DNA from: a virus
Lineage: Duplodnaviria; Caudoviricetes
Strand: one strand, 5' to 3'
IMG/VR virus record: IMGVR_UViG_3300049793_000050
Span: 1-52,541 of that record
DNA: 52,541 bases
In this document: in pieces, positions 28,118 through 37,353 of the stretch
How the letters are laid out: each line of letters begins with the position of its first letter
Numbering within the stretch: position 1 is the first letter of the stretch
Position numbers and translations under genes: made by a program
The notes under the pieces: generated by a model
Databases searched by the model: none
What the model was told of the DNA's origin: nothing
What the model saw: only the letters and a program-made list of their open reading frames with translations

Positions 28118-28597
28118 TTCCTTTTTTCCTCCGCGGTAGATGTTAAATTCAGGCTTCAGGCTGCCAATGTAAATCTGTTCTAGGCGATCCATTTCAACAC
28201 CGGCTGCCGGTATCATATGCGTCGAGCCGAACGGGATCTCATTATTTTTGACGTGCGTGGCAATCCGCTCGGAAATATTGGCCGACCTTCCGACGTAGAC
28301 GATTTTTCCTTCGTTAATAAGAAAGTAGACACCCGATCGCGGCATCGCGGCCGACATCGATAGGATATCTGGCGCCGCCAGCAGCTTGCTATTTGGAATG
28401 CCTTCGGAGGCTTCCGTGCGCGTCACCATATACGCAAACGCTTCAAGCGCCTCTTCGAATGTCGCGCCCAGCCTGAACTTTTTCTTATGGTCCCACCACG
28501 GCTCAGTGCCCGGCGGAACCTGATAGTAGTAAGCTCCATGCATGCGCTGCCATCTGTTGGGCAGGCCTTCGTTTTCTGGATTTCTTGGTCTTGGCAT
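28100..28597 (-). CDS. Integrase N-terminal (arm-binding) domain fused to GIY-YIG nuclease
   Basis: First 55 aa are 36/55 identical to the integrase N-terminus; GVYFL..VYVGRS..R..H..E..PEFN. Confidence 0.85.
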   Translation of the reverse strand: MPRPRNPENEGLPNRWQRMHGAYYYQVPPGTEPWWDHKKKFRLGATFEEALEAFAYMVTRTEASEGIPNSKLLAAPDILSMSAAMPRSGVYFLINEGKIVYVGRSANISERIATHVKNNEIPFGSTHMIPAAGVEMDRLEQIYIGSLKPEFNIYRGGKKELNSAT

Positions 28598-28613
28598 GCT
28601 ACTCCTTGGGCTA

Positions 28614-29678
28614 TTAAAACTTTTGTTTCAGTGGCTTTACGTGCTCCGGTTTCCGTCGATAAATCCTTTTTGTGACTGCGCTGTCAGCATGCGAAAGCAG
28701 TGACCGCGCATGTTCCAGGCTGTCCGCATCGCTCGCACACTTCGCCCGTAAATCATGCTCGGTGAATCGCTTGGTGACTTTCGTTTCCTTCAATACGCGG
28801 TCCATGAATCGCTGCCACATTGAATCCCATCCGTCTGTCGTTTCCTTCGTATCGTGAATGTAGCAAGTTCCTTTGCGCGTACAAAACAACCACGGCGCGA
28901 TATGGACCGGGCGACTCGCAAGAGCCGATTCGACCGCTGCACGCAAATCCGGTGTCCATTCGTAGATCGTAGTTTTGCCAGTGGAGCCGGTCGTCTTGTG
29001 GCGCTGAACCCGAATTCCTTGCTCTGTAAAATCTTTCGCCGGCTCAAGCCGCAACATATCGCCGCGGGAAATTCCGGTTAGCAGTTTCAATCGAATATAG
29101 TTTTGCAGCATGACCACACTGCCTTTCTTTTGTTTGCTCCCAAGCGCCAGGCATTCAATGATTTCCCAATCCTCCACATACCGATCGCGCGGACCTGGCC
29201 CCTCCATCACGATCTGGCCCTTGAACGGGTGCCGGTCGATATATCCCCATTCAACCGCCTTCGTGAAAACATGCGAAAACAGTTTTACCTCTTTCATGGC
29301 TGGAATGCGCATCTTTGCCTTATCGACATAAATGTAAAGATGCTGCGGGCGTATTGAGGAAAGCGGCATTGCGCCGAACGGCTTGCGCAGGCGAGCAACG
29401 GCACGCTGATTCTCAACCTGCGTGCGCACGGCCTTTGTTGGAACCACCTCAAGCGCATAGCGGTCCAGTAATGCGCCGATGGTCTTGGCGCCGTCGATTG
29501 ACTCAAGACGCGCCGCCCATGCCCTGTAAGCTTCGGGTAGTGTCTTGCCAAGCCTGAATGTTTTCTTTCCGTCCCAAAGCGCCTCAAGGCCTTGCGGAAC
29601 TTGGTAGTAATACGCGCCATGGGTTTTCTTCCACCGAAGTGGTAGCCCCATGTTCTCCGCATTGCGCTTCCTAGGCAT
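28614..29678 (-). CDS. int: Tyrosine integrase
   Basis: HKT, HDLR, LLSH, RIY catalytic motifs; next to tRNA-derived attP. Confidence 0.92.
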   Translation of the reverse strand: MPRKRNAENMGLPLRWKKTHGAYYYQVPQGLEALWDGKKTFRLGKTLPEAYRAWAARLESIDGAKTIGALLDRYALEVVPTKAVRTQVENQRAVARLRKPFGAMPLSSIRPQHLYIYVDKAKMRIPAMKEVKLFSHVFTKAVEWGYIDRHPFKGQIVMEGPGPRDRYVEDWEIIECLALGSKQKKGSVVMLQNYIRLKLLTGISRGDMLRLEPAKDFTEQGIRVQRHKTTGSTGKTTIYEWTPDLRAAVESALASRPVHIAPWLFCTRKGTCYIHDTKETTDGWDSMWQRFMDRVLKETKVTKRFTEHDLRAKCASDADSLEHARSLLSHADSAVTKRIYRRKPEHVKPLKQKF

Positions 29679-29892
29679 TCATTGCTTCCCAATTTGGCTC
29701 GGCAGGTTTGGACGATTTTACGCCTTCCGTGTCTCCGAATTCCTTTTTGACATGCGATCGCAAGATAGCAATGCTGCCATCGGCGCGCACTTTGTGCTGA
29801 ATGCCGAGGAAGTTCAACACAGCGACTTGAGCCCTGCGGTGCGTTCTGTGCGTCAGATCCTTGATTTCAATCGGCTCTAAAAACATACCCAT
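29671..29892 (-). CDS. xis: Excisionase (DUF4224-like)
   Basis: FL...EIKDLT....AQ...L..LGI.H..RADG; overlaps int start. Confidence 0.75.
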   Translation of the reverse strand: MGMFLEPIEIKDLTHRTHRRAQVAVLNFLGIQHKVRADGSIAILRSHVKKEFGDTEGVKSSKPAEPNWEAMNA

Positions 29893-29937
29893 GACTTCAC
29901 CCTCCAAACTTCCAGCGTTCGGTTGCGCTCAAATAAC

Positions 29938-30177
29938 TCATGATCCCGGCTCCTTGGCGGCTGCTGCCAGCGTCTTCGCGCGCTTCAGCTGCTTGCAAAG
30001 CGTATCGACATCATGCGCTTGGATGCTTAGGCGCTGTCCCTGCCTGCCGATCCAGATTTCATCCGATCCATCGTAATACCCGATGCTGATCGCGCCGTCG
30101 AAGTTCTCGCCAGTTGCTTCCATGTGTGAAGTAATGACCGCCGTGCAGGTTTCGCCCACGTTGAACTCCGTTAGCAT
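29938..30177 (-). CDS. Hypothetical early protein
   Basis: Coupled ORF in the leftward operon. Confidence 0.6.
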   Translation of the reverse strand: MLTEFNVGETCTAVITSHMEATGENFDGAISIGYYDGSDEIWIGRQGQRLSIQAHDVDTLCKQLKRAKTLAAAAKEPGS

Positions 30178-31082
30178 TGTGTTTCTCCCTTGGTGCTGGC
30201 TGCAATGGCGGCGCCGGTAAGCAGTGGGGCTTTTCGGTAGCATTCCACGCCGGTCACAAATTCGCCTTCCGTGACGCTTTCAGAGCAAGCGCAATTTTCC
30301 CCGCATGGCTCTGTCCTCGTTTCTGGCTCCAGCAATCCATGTTCATGCGCGATGTCTTGCAGCGTTCCGCCATCCAAGTCACCATATGGCCACACTTCCA
30401 TCACTGACTGCGCAAAGGCGCGTAACGCATCCCGCTCGGCTAAAATCGTAGGATCGCCTTCCTGCTGCGCTGGCGCACCTTGATAATCATCCGGGTCGTC
30501 GGGCATCGCGATTCCAGCAAGAGCCAACTTTGCAATCGATCCGTCTTCAACCGTGGCGGTGTTCGATTCATCCTCGTAAAAGTTCGCCGGCTCTCCGCTC
30601 ACGGCATCCCACGCGCCAGGATCATGCATCATGAAATGGTGGCCGTTCGCATAAAAATACAATGCGTCGTGCAGAATTGCGATCGTCTTCCTATCATCAG
30701 GAGTATGATCTGGCGCAGGCGGCAATCCAGACCACAGCGGATAGCCGTCGATGATAGGCTCGGCTGGCGATCCCAAAAAATACGGCACAGCCTCCATCGG
30801 CTTCGACCCGTTGACTTCCTCGCCATTGTTGAAGCGCAGTCCGCCATATGGCCCGGAGTATCGATAGGCGTAGCCGTCTGGATTGCGCTGCACTGGCGCA
30901 TCGCCTTGCACAAAATTCTTGAGCCGATCTTCGGCGGCAATCCAGTGCTGCCGATATACATCAGCCTCTGCATTCAAGTGCATGCATTTTTGCTGTAGTT
31001 CATGCATGGCGTTGGCGCACTCCCATGAAAATTTCGATCCGTGCGCTCGCAATTCGCTTATGAGTTCATTAACACAGGTCAT
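30171..31082 (-). CDS. Mosaic hypothetical early protein
   Basis: Long ORF in the leftward operon; C-terminal DLDGGTLQDIA..GLL and PCGENCAC. Confidence 0.65.
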   Translation of the reverse strand: MTCVNELISELRAHGSKFSWECANAMHELQQKCMHLNAEADVYRQHWIAAEDRLKNFVQGDAPVQRNPDGYAYRYSGPYGGLRFNNGEEVNGSKPMEAVPYFLGSPAEPIIDGYPLWSGLPPAPDHTPDDRKTIAILHDALYFYANGHHFMMHDPGAWDAVSGEPANFYEDESNTATVEDGSIAKLALAGIAMPDDPDDYQGAPAQQEGDPTILAERDALRAFAQSVMEVWPYGDLDGGTLQDIAHEHGLLEPETRTEPCGENCACSESVTEGEFVTGVECYRKAPLLTGAAIAASTKGETQC

Positions 31083-31542
31083 TGCCGATTACCTCCCAAA
31101 CTGGATTTGATGTGACTGGTTTCTTGCTATGCCAGATGACGGTAACGCAACTGCTCGCTAACACGGCTCGCAATGGTGCGCCGCGCATTGATTGCTCAGA
31201 TTCCACCCACTCACGTGGTGCGGCATCATGCACATCGCCTTGCGCGAATAGCAGAGCGGTTAAGTCCGCAAGCGAGCGATCCGCACGACGCGTCGCGTCA
31301 GGCGTGTTGTTTTGCGACTGCAGCGCAAAGTCCCGCGCGTATTGCTTCGCTGCCTTCAATATCTCAACATCGCTGATCGGTGCGCGCTGCGAGAGGGCGG
31401 CTTGCCATGCATTCCAAGAATGACTCCATACATCCAGCGCGGAGCCAATTTCACCCGCTGCAACATGCGGCCAAAGCTCTGGATATTCTTCCGCGAACCA
31501 TTTGTCGTGCCCCGACTTCGGGGCGGGTTGTTGGGTGGTCAT
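31069..31542 (-). CDS. Hypothetical early protein
   Basis: WNAWQAAL motif; overlapping start/stop. Confidence 0.55.
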   Translation of the reverse strand: MTTQQPAPKSGHDKWFAEEYPELWPHVAAGEIGSALDVWSHSWNAWQAALSQRAPISDVEILKAAKQYARDFALQSQNNTPDATRRADRSLADLTALLFAQGDVHDAAPREWVESEQSMRGAPLRAVLASSCVTVIWHSKKPVTSNPVWEVIGNDLC

Positions 31543-31736
31543 TTCAATCCTTTAGCGTCAGGTACGTGAATCTGCCCTGCGCGATATATAACCCCGCATC
31601 GAGGGCAGCGGGCGCGTAAGGTCGCGTGAACTCGACCGATACCGTCAACAGCTCCGATGGATACCTGCATGTACTCACCGCCGCTGTAATCGTGTTCGCG
31701 TGGCTTATGGCCGAATAAAATACAGAGGATATTCAT
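31539..31736 (-). CDS. Small Cys/His protein (LC.LFGHK, CPRCG)
   Basis: Coupled ORF with a zinc-binding-like pattern. Confidence 0.65.
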   Translation of the reverse strand: MNILCILFGHKPREHDYSGGEYMQVSIGAVDGIGRVHATLRARCPRCGVIYRAGQIHVPDAKGLK

Positions 31737-32605
31737 GTTTTCTCCCGCGCTGTTTGAATGATGGCACCGTGGTCGAGGGCGCTGATAGCGTCTATGCACT
31801 CATCTAAACTAGGGCCCGTCACATATCCGTTATCGCACGCACCAATAGCCGCCTCCAGTGCCGCCACCACAACGCTCTCTGGCGTGGGCTGTAGCCGCAC
31901 CCATTTCGCACCCTCGATGAAGCTTCGCGGGTCGTGTGCACCAATAGCCGCAAGGCTGCAATAGAATCCCGGCACTTCCGTGGGCGCATCCGTTGCGGTC
32001 TGCGGGGCGCTACATGTATTCAGCCTTTCGCCCAATTGAGCAAGCGCGTTCCCCGGCTTCTTCTTGTCTCGGTGCAAGATAATTTTTTCATCATCTATCG
32101 TATGGGCGCAATTGATTGCTGCGAGATATGACTCACTCCGATAAGTCGGCCGCGCTCCGTCTTGGTGCGCGAGTTGCGCTTCCTTTTCTTGCCGACGTTG
32201 CGAGATTTCGGCTAGCTGTTCAAGTGACGCAACCAAACTCATCTCTTTTGTAAGTGTGGATTCCAAATCCGCTACCCGCTGGCGCAGTTGTTCTATTTCG
32301 GCGGGGTCGGCGTGGGTGAATAACGGCGTGATGCTGTTTTCGGTGAAGAAATAGCCGCGTCCGTATTTAGGGTGTGTTCCTTCATCGCAATCAGAAAGCA
32401 GCGCGGCCTCAACTGACTCCCCTGAGTGCGTCACCACGCCGGGCAGATCGGCGGGAGTAAGTACAATATCAATACCCCACTGATTCAGTAGCCCGACCGC
32501 GTCCTCGTCAAAGTTGTTCATATTCTGCTCTGGGAACTGGTCTAGTAGAATAACCGGTACCAGTTTGTACACTGCGTCGTCGAATGATTTCGTGGTGATG
32601 GTCAT
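31733..32605 (-). CDS. Hypothetical early protein with coiled coil
   Basis: ATGA-coupled ORF. Confidence 0.6.
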   Translation of the reverse strand: MTITTKSFDDAVYKLVPVILLDQFPEQNMNNFDEDAVGLLNQWGIDIVLTPADLPGVVTHSGESVEAALLSDCDEGTHPKYGRGYFFTENSITPLFTHADPAEIEQLRQRVADLESTLTKEMSLVASLEQLAEISQRRQEKEAQLAHQDGARPTYRSESYLAAINCAHTIDDEKIILHRDKKKPGNALAQLGERLNTCSAPQTATDAPTEVPGFYCSLAAIGAHDPRSFIEGAKWVRLQPTPESVVVAALEAAIGACDNGYVTGPSLDECIDAISALDHGAIIQTAREKT

Positions 32606-32775
32606 TTCGTGCCTTTTAGTATTGCGATCAGTCGCGTAAAGAAACTTGGACGACGCGCTTTTGTCGTCGGACGCTCTGGCGGTTGCGGCGCAGATGATTG
32701 GATGAGCGCGGCGCGCATTGCGCTTTCATGATCAAATCCTGCGTCACGATACTTCTGATAAGTGCTTTCGATCAT
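32602..32775 (-). CDS. Small hypothetical protein (57 aa, not in ORF track)
   Basis: MIESTYQKYRDAGFDHESAMRAAL..; ATGA overlaps at both ends. Confidence 0.55.
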   Translation of the reverse strand: MIESTYQKYRDAGFDHESAMRAALIQSSAPQPPERPTTKARRPSFFTRLIAILKGTK

Positions 32776-33527
32776 GCCGCAATCTCCTTTTCTGCCATCT
32801 CACAAAATATCCCGCACTGGACTTGCGGCTCAGTCTTGAAGTCGCCATCCCCAGGCTGCAGTTCATCCAGATAAATCCGAATCTCTTTCCGCTTAAGTAG
32901 TTTCACGCCCTTGGATCGCGAATACTCAGCCATCCGAGTGAACTCAGCCGGAAAATCGATGCGGATTTTGTTCCAGTAACCCATGCCAGCCTTGACGCAC
33001 CCAATACAGTTGTTGTGCTCATAACCCAAGTCGTACATCGCTGGGAGCGCAATCCCGGCGCGCATCACGATAGCCTTGCAATCTTCTTTGGTAAGTCCGC
33101 GATCAATAAGAATTGCCATGCTCCGGCGTTCGTTGTTCGCATCAATCCAATCGTCGTGCCGATCCTGCTCTTCGGCGGTATATCCGATCACATCGACGTC
33201 GCCATATCGCCAAAATTCAGCGGCAACCTCTTTTTTGAGTGTGCGCGTGCATACCGCGCCATAGACGCCCGCGATGTATTTCTCGCCCTCGAACGCCTCG
33301 TAAATATCTCCGTGGTATTTTTCGTTCTGCACAACCAATATAGGCACGCCAAACCATGCCTCGCATTCCTTCAGGAAGCGCGCATTGTCTGGATGCTCTT
33401 GCTTGACGTACTCATTCAGGACTATCAATGGCAACTGGGTGCCGCGCGCATTTTCTTCGATGGCGAGCTTGGCCGCCACTGCAGACGCAGCCCCGCAAGA
33501 AAAGTGACACACAATTCGATTTCTCAT
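32772..33527 (-). CDS. PAPS-reductase-like (PP-loop) protein
   Basis: FSCGAASA, EHPDN, CT..LK, HNNC.GCVK, CGIFC. Confidence 0.8.
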   Translation of the reverse strand: MRNRIVCHFSCGAASAVAAKLAIEENARGTQLPLIVLNEYVKQEHPDNARFLKECEAWFGVPILVVQNEKYHGDIYEAFEGEKYIAGVYGAVCTRTLKKEVAAEFWRYGDVDVIGYTAEEQDRHDDWIDANNERRSMAILIDRGLTKEDCKAIVMRAGIALPAMYDLGYEHNNCIGCVKAGMGYWNKIRIDFPAEFTRMAEYSRSKGVKLLKRKEIRIYLDELQPGDGDFKTEPQVQCGIFCEMAEKEIAA

Positions 33528-33595
33528 ATCGCTCTCAATAAAGTGGAGCCACAGCATCGCCAATGGCAGACTTGTCGCTGCGGCCCCGTGAATCA

Positions 33596-33970
33596 TTAGG
33601 CGGACTTCATCGACGGCAGCGGTGCCAAGACTTGATCGCCCTCGTTGAGATTCTGGAAATTGCCGCGCACCGTCCGCACTACCGTTTCCCAATGATTGCA
33701 GCGCATGTTCGATTGCAAAATTTCAGTGCGTGGCAACTTGCTCACATCGACCAGTGACATGACTTCACCAAAGTAGATCATGCCGCTGCGCTCCTTGATC
33801 GGCCCTGTCAACGTTTCTCCGTCGATCACGACTTCCGATTGTGAGTAGAACCGGTAGCCATACGCGCCCTTTGGAATATCTGTAATCGGCGACCTGTCGG
33901 CAACTTCGCGCGTGCTGGTCTCCGATACGAACGAGCCGGGATAGAAAAATTCAACGTAGGTCTTATTCAT
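33596..33970 (-). CDS. Hypothetical protein
   Basis: YVEFFYPGSFVSE ORF in the leftward operon. Confidence 0.7.
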   Translation of the reverse strand: MNKTYVEFFYPGSFVSETSTREVADRSPITDIPKGAYGYRFYSQSEVVIDGETLTGPIKERSGMIYFGEVMSLVDVSKLPRTEILQSNMRCNHWETVVRTVRGNFQNLNEGDQVLAPLPSMKSA

Positions 33971-34123
33971 TTCATCGCTTTCTAAATTAGTTCCGGCTTC
34001 CACCGGTTCGGCGCTTTCGGCAAGACCTGCGCTCGGTCAACATGGGTCAACCTATTGAACCCTTTGCCTACCTGCGGCTCTTTCCCGCTGTCATCTACTA
34101 TCCCAAGTAGCTGGTAAAACTCG

Positions 34124-35335
34124 TTAAGCCGCTACTGCGCCTTCAAACTCACGAAGCCATTCGGCGGCGACATTAATATCCACTTCGAAATGCTTGGCAA
34201 CAGCACCGGCAAGTTCCGCGTCGGTCGGTCGCGATATCATGGTTCCGGTAGGCCGTGCATATGAAGGCGCCGGATCTAGTAGCACAGCAGACAATCCTGC
34301 GCGCTCTGTCGTGAGGGTCGGATAGGTGACGGCCAGCGCCTCATCTGCCGCATGAATTTCCTCGACGCGCTTGGCGTCGGCTTCTTCCTGCTGACGCGTC
34401 AACTCGGCTTGCGCAGCATCGCGTGCGTAAGCCGCATCCCGGAGTTCCGCCAATTCCGCCGCTTGTTCATCCATCTGGCGCTGGCGCTCGGCCTGCTCGG
34501 CGGCGAACTTGTCCTGCTGCGCCTTCAGTTCGGCCTGTGCGGCGTCGCGCTCGGCTTTAGCGATACGTTCTTGTTCGGCGGCGTGCGCGGCCATAGCGGC
34601 CCGTTCCTGTTCGATGGCGAGGCGTTCGGCGGCCAGGCGTGCGGCTTCTTCTTCGCGATCGGCCTTTTCTCCGGCGAGTTGCTGGCGCTGCGCTTCGGCT
34701 TGGAATTCCACATTGCGCTGCGCGGTTTCGGCCTTGGCGAGTTGATCGAGTGCCTCGAAACGCGCATCCTTGGCTGCGTCAATAAATTCTTCATAGCCAT
34801 CGAGCGACACGTTGACCAGACTGAAAATCATGGCGCTGATTTCTTCTGCTGATTTGCCAACTGCCGACAGTGGGAGAGAGCTGATTGCATCGATGCGCGC
34901 TTTGATGGCATCGGATCGCGCACGTTCGGCTGCGATCTTGGCGGCTTTCTCGGCTTCCTTCCTGGTCTCTTCGCCCTTGATGTCGGCGTCGAACAATTCT
35001 TCCAGTGGCGTGATGCGCTCTTCAACCTGATCGAAACCAGATTCCAGCAGCTTGCCGATTTTCGTGATTGGTTCCTTGCGGGATTTGCGCTCCTTGTCGG
35101 CAGCTACGCGCATGTCACGGAAGAGGGCGCGGCACTTGATCGCAACCGCCATGCCTACGGTCGTCTTGATGTCGTATTCAACGGTGCGCACGCTGTCGAT
35201 TGCCGTCGCAAGCTGGTCATTGAATGGCTGATAGACCTCCTTGGTATATTTCTCCGGTGAGAGGGAAATCAGGGCGAGTGCGCCGACTTGCGACGTGTCG
35301 GCAACCTTGGCGAGTTCTGTTTGTGTCGTGTTCAT
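34124..35335 (-). CDS. Long coiled-coil protein of the recombination module
   Basis: Ala/Glu/Arg-rich helix; RKEPI..IGK. Confidence 0.75.
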   Translation of the reverse strand: MNTTQTELAKVADTSQVGALALISLSPEKYTKEVYQPFNDQLATAIDSVRTVEYDIKTTVGMAVAIKCRALFRDMRVAADKERKSRKEPITKIGKLLESGFDQVEERITPLEELFDADIKGEETRKEAEKAAKIAAERARSDAIKARIDAISSLPLSAVGKSAEEISAMIFSLVNVSLDGYEEFIDAAKDARFEALDQLAKAETAQRNVEFQAEAQRQQLAGEKADREEEAARLAAERLAIEQERAAMAAHAAEQERIAKAERDAAQAELKAQQDKFAAEQAERQRQMDEQAAELAELRDAAYARDAAQAELTRQQEEADAKRVEEIHAADEALAVTYPTLTTERAGLSAVLLDPAPSYARPTGTMISRPTDAELAGAVAKHFEVDINVAAEWLREFEGAVAA

Positions 35336-35344
35336 GGATTCCCT

Positions 35345-35569
35345 TTAAGGGCAGCAGCTTGGAGAGCCGCCGCATAGGTTGTTGTAGTCGTCTGAACCGG
35401 GGAATCTTTCGATTTCCGCCGGCCATTCGTAAGATCGATCGCATCGCCTGCAGGTCGCCATCACATTCCCATCGAGCATATAAAGCCCGTCTGGCAGTTC
35501 ATCTTCGATCTGCGCAATCGGCGCGTCAGCTGGGCGCTGATCGGCGAACCATTTACCAAAATCTTTCAC
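35345..35569 (-). CDS. Small Cys-rich protein
   Basis: CRRC and CGGSPSCCP. Confidence 0.65.
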   Translation of the reverse strand: MKDFGKWFADQRPADAPIAQIEDELPDGLYMLDGNVMATCRRCDRSYEWPAEIERFPGSDDYNNLCGGSPSCCP

Positions 35570-36195
35570 TGAGTCACCCCGTATTTCGCAAGCAGGTTGC
35601 GGACGTTCAAATTTATCTCGGCTACAGCGTTCAGCACCTTTTCTGCCATGTCGCTGATATACGCCTCGTCGCGCTTGATGGTCTGGATATACAACTGCAT
35701 TTCAGGCGGGAACAAGGGATGAAAACTAACGAAGTCCCACTCATCGCAATCGCAGCACCACATGCCGCCCTGAACCTGTGCCATATGCTCCTCAGGCATT
35801 CCATTCAGCAGCGTGTCGAGATGCACGGTTGGTGTGTAGGGACATTTTGATTCGTAGCCTTTTCGCTTGCCGAGCAAGCCGTCCGGAGAGCATCCAACCT
35901 GCATATGTTTCGGATGCCGGATGAAGCCGACTTCGGTACAAAATGCGCCAGTACGCGCCTCGTAAGCCATGCGCGCAAGCGGCTCGTGCTGGTTGCCCCA
36001 ATCCGTCGCCTTGGAAGTCCACATAGCACCTGGTCGTCCGGTCAGCAGCTCAAGCGTGATTTCGGTGATTGCCGTCTCGCGGGACTTCAGAAATCGTTTT
36101 CCCGACTTGTCCATCGCGCTGACATCTGCGAAACGGGAGCCTGTAACCGATCCCAATCGTTCGAGCAGCCATGCTTCGGTTTTTTGTTCGCTCAT
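35566..36195 (-). CDS. YqaJ/lambda-exonuclease family protein
   Basis: WLLERLG.VTGS, WG..HE, SPDG, ESKCP, QVQG. Confidence 0.92.
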   Translation of the reverse strand: MSEQKTEAWLLERLGSVTGSRFADVSAMDKSGKRFLKSRETAITEITLELLTGRPGAMWTSKATDWGNQHEPLARMAYEARTGAFCTEVGFIRHPKHMQVGCSPDGLLGKRKGYESKCPYTPTVHLDTLLNGMPEEHMAQVQGGMWCCDCDEWDFVSFHPLFPPEMQLYIQTIKRDEAYISDMAEKVLNAVAEINLNVRNLLAKYGVTQ

Positions 36196-36198
36196 GGC

Positions 36199-37083
36199 TT
36201 ACCCCGGCATCGAATCAAGACCGGCATCGAAATCGCTCACAGCGGCTTTTGTCGGTGTCGGCATAGGGTCGGCGGCAGGCTTTGCAATAACCGCGGCGCG
36301 TGCGGAAACCGCTGCCTTGAATGCGTTGTAAGCTTCCATGTCGCCGGTCGGCTTGATCTCGGCAAGTCCTTCCGCCCAAACCTTCTTGATCTCGGCTTCG
36401 CTGTTGGCGGCATTGGCGGCGGCTATCCACTTGGCACGCAATGCGGGGTCTGACGGCGGCGCACCGTGAGTGAAGTTCTCACGAAGAGCTTCGTCAATAT
36501 CTTCCAAATCCTGCTGGAAAATGTCGGAGCAGCCGAGCGTAGTCAGGGTCATATCGATCTGCGACCGCTTCTTTGCCATCTTGAGAACCGTGTTCGACAT
36601 ATCCGCCGGCGAGACGCGGACTTGCTCGGTCTTCTGAGTCTTGTTCTGGTATTTGCTCCACTTGACGCGGCGCAGAGACTCGTCGGTCGCTTCGAATTCC
36701 TCGACGCAGACCGCACGACGCCACGCATACTTGTCTTCACCGGTGGAGCATTCGCCGATGCCGTAGCCAACAATCTTGTCTGTTGGCGTGTGACGGCCAA
36801 GACATTTAACGCGGTATCGAATTTCGGTGACGCGGCCTTTGGTGTCTTTGGTGATGAATTCTTCGACGGTCGGTTCCGCAGAAATCCTGAACGTAGAGAG
36901 CAAGACTTCAGAGCCCGACTTGTAAAGGCTTGGTTGCTTGCAGCCAGGAATCACGCCGTAATGAACATCTTTCTTCATCACGGATTCCATTACCTGCTGG
37001 ACTACGCGCATCGTTTGCAGGGTTTCTGCTACCGATGCCGGCGCTGCTACCCGATCTTCAATCATTACTACTTGACCATTCAT
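36199..37083 (-). CDS. Putative single-strand annealing/recombination protein
   Basis: Adjacent to the exonuclease; HYGVIPG..PSL.K.G.E, NTVLKMAKKR, FQQDLED. Confidence 0.55.
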   Translation of the reverse strand: MNGQVVMIEDRVAAPASVAETLQTMRVVQQVMESVMKKDVHYGVIPGCKQPSLYKSGSEVLLSTFRISAEPTVEEFITKDTKGRVTEIRYRVKCLGRHTPTDKIVGYGIGECSTGEDKYAWRRAVCVEEFEATDESLRRVKWSKYQNKTQKTEQVRVSPADMSNTVLKMAKKRSQIDMTLTTLGCSDIFQQDLEDIDEALRENFTHGAPPSDPALRAKWIAAANAANSEAEIKKVWAEGLAEIKPTGDMEAYNAFKAAVSARAAVIAKPAADPMPTPTKAAVSDFDAGLDSMPG

Positions 37084-37107
37084 TTTCTCTCTCCGTTTAT
37101 TTTTAAA

Positions 37108-37353
37108 CTACTTCGCCCGATTAATCGCCGCGCGCACCTTAATCATCTCGATCACAATGCCCGTATGCCGCTCGTAGTCGCCTGGATCATCAAACTTGAT
37201 CCGCTTCGCCCTGTGATCCAGCCGCGACAGTCTCGATTTCAGGCAGTACAAGTGGTGCGCTCGCTCCCATTTCGAGAGCAGGGAATGCAAGAGATTTGCC
37301 AACCTCTTCCACGCCAAGCGCCGGCCAGACCAGAGAGCCATCAGGTTTTTCAT
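37108..37353 (-). CDS. Hypothetical protein
   Basis: ORF in the leftward operon. Confidence 0.5.
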   Translation of the reverse strand: MKNLMALWSGRRLAWKRLANLLHSLLSKWERAHHLYCLKSRLSRLDHRAKRIKFDDPGDYERHTGIVIEMIKVRAAINRAK

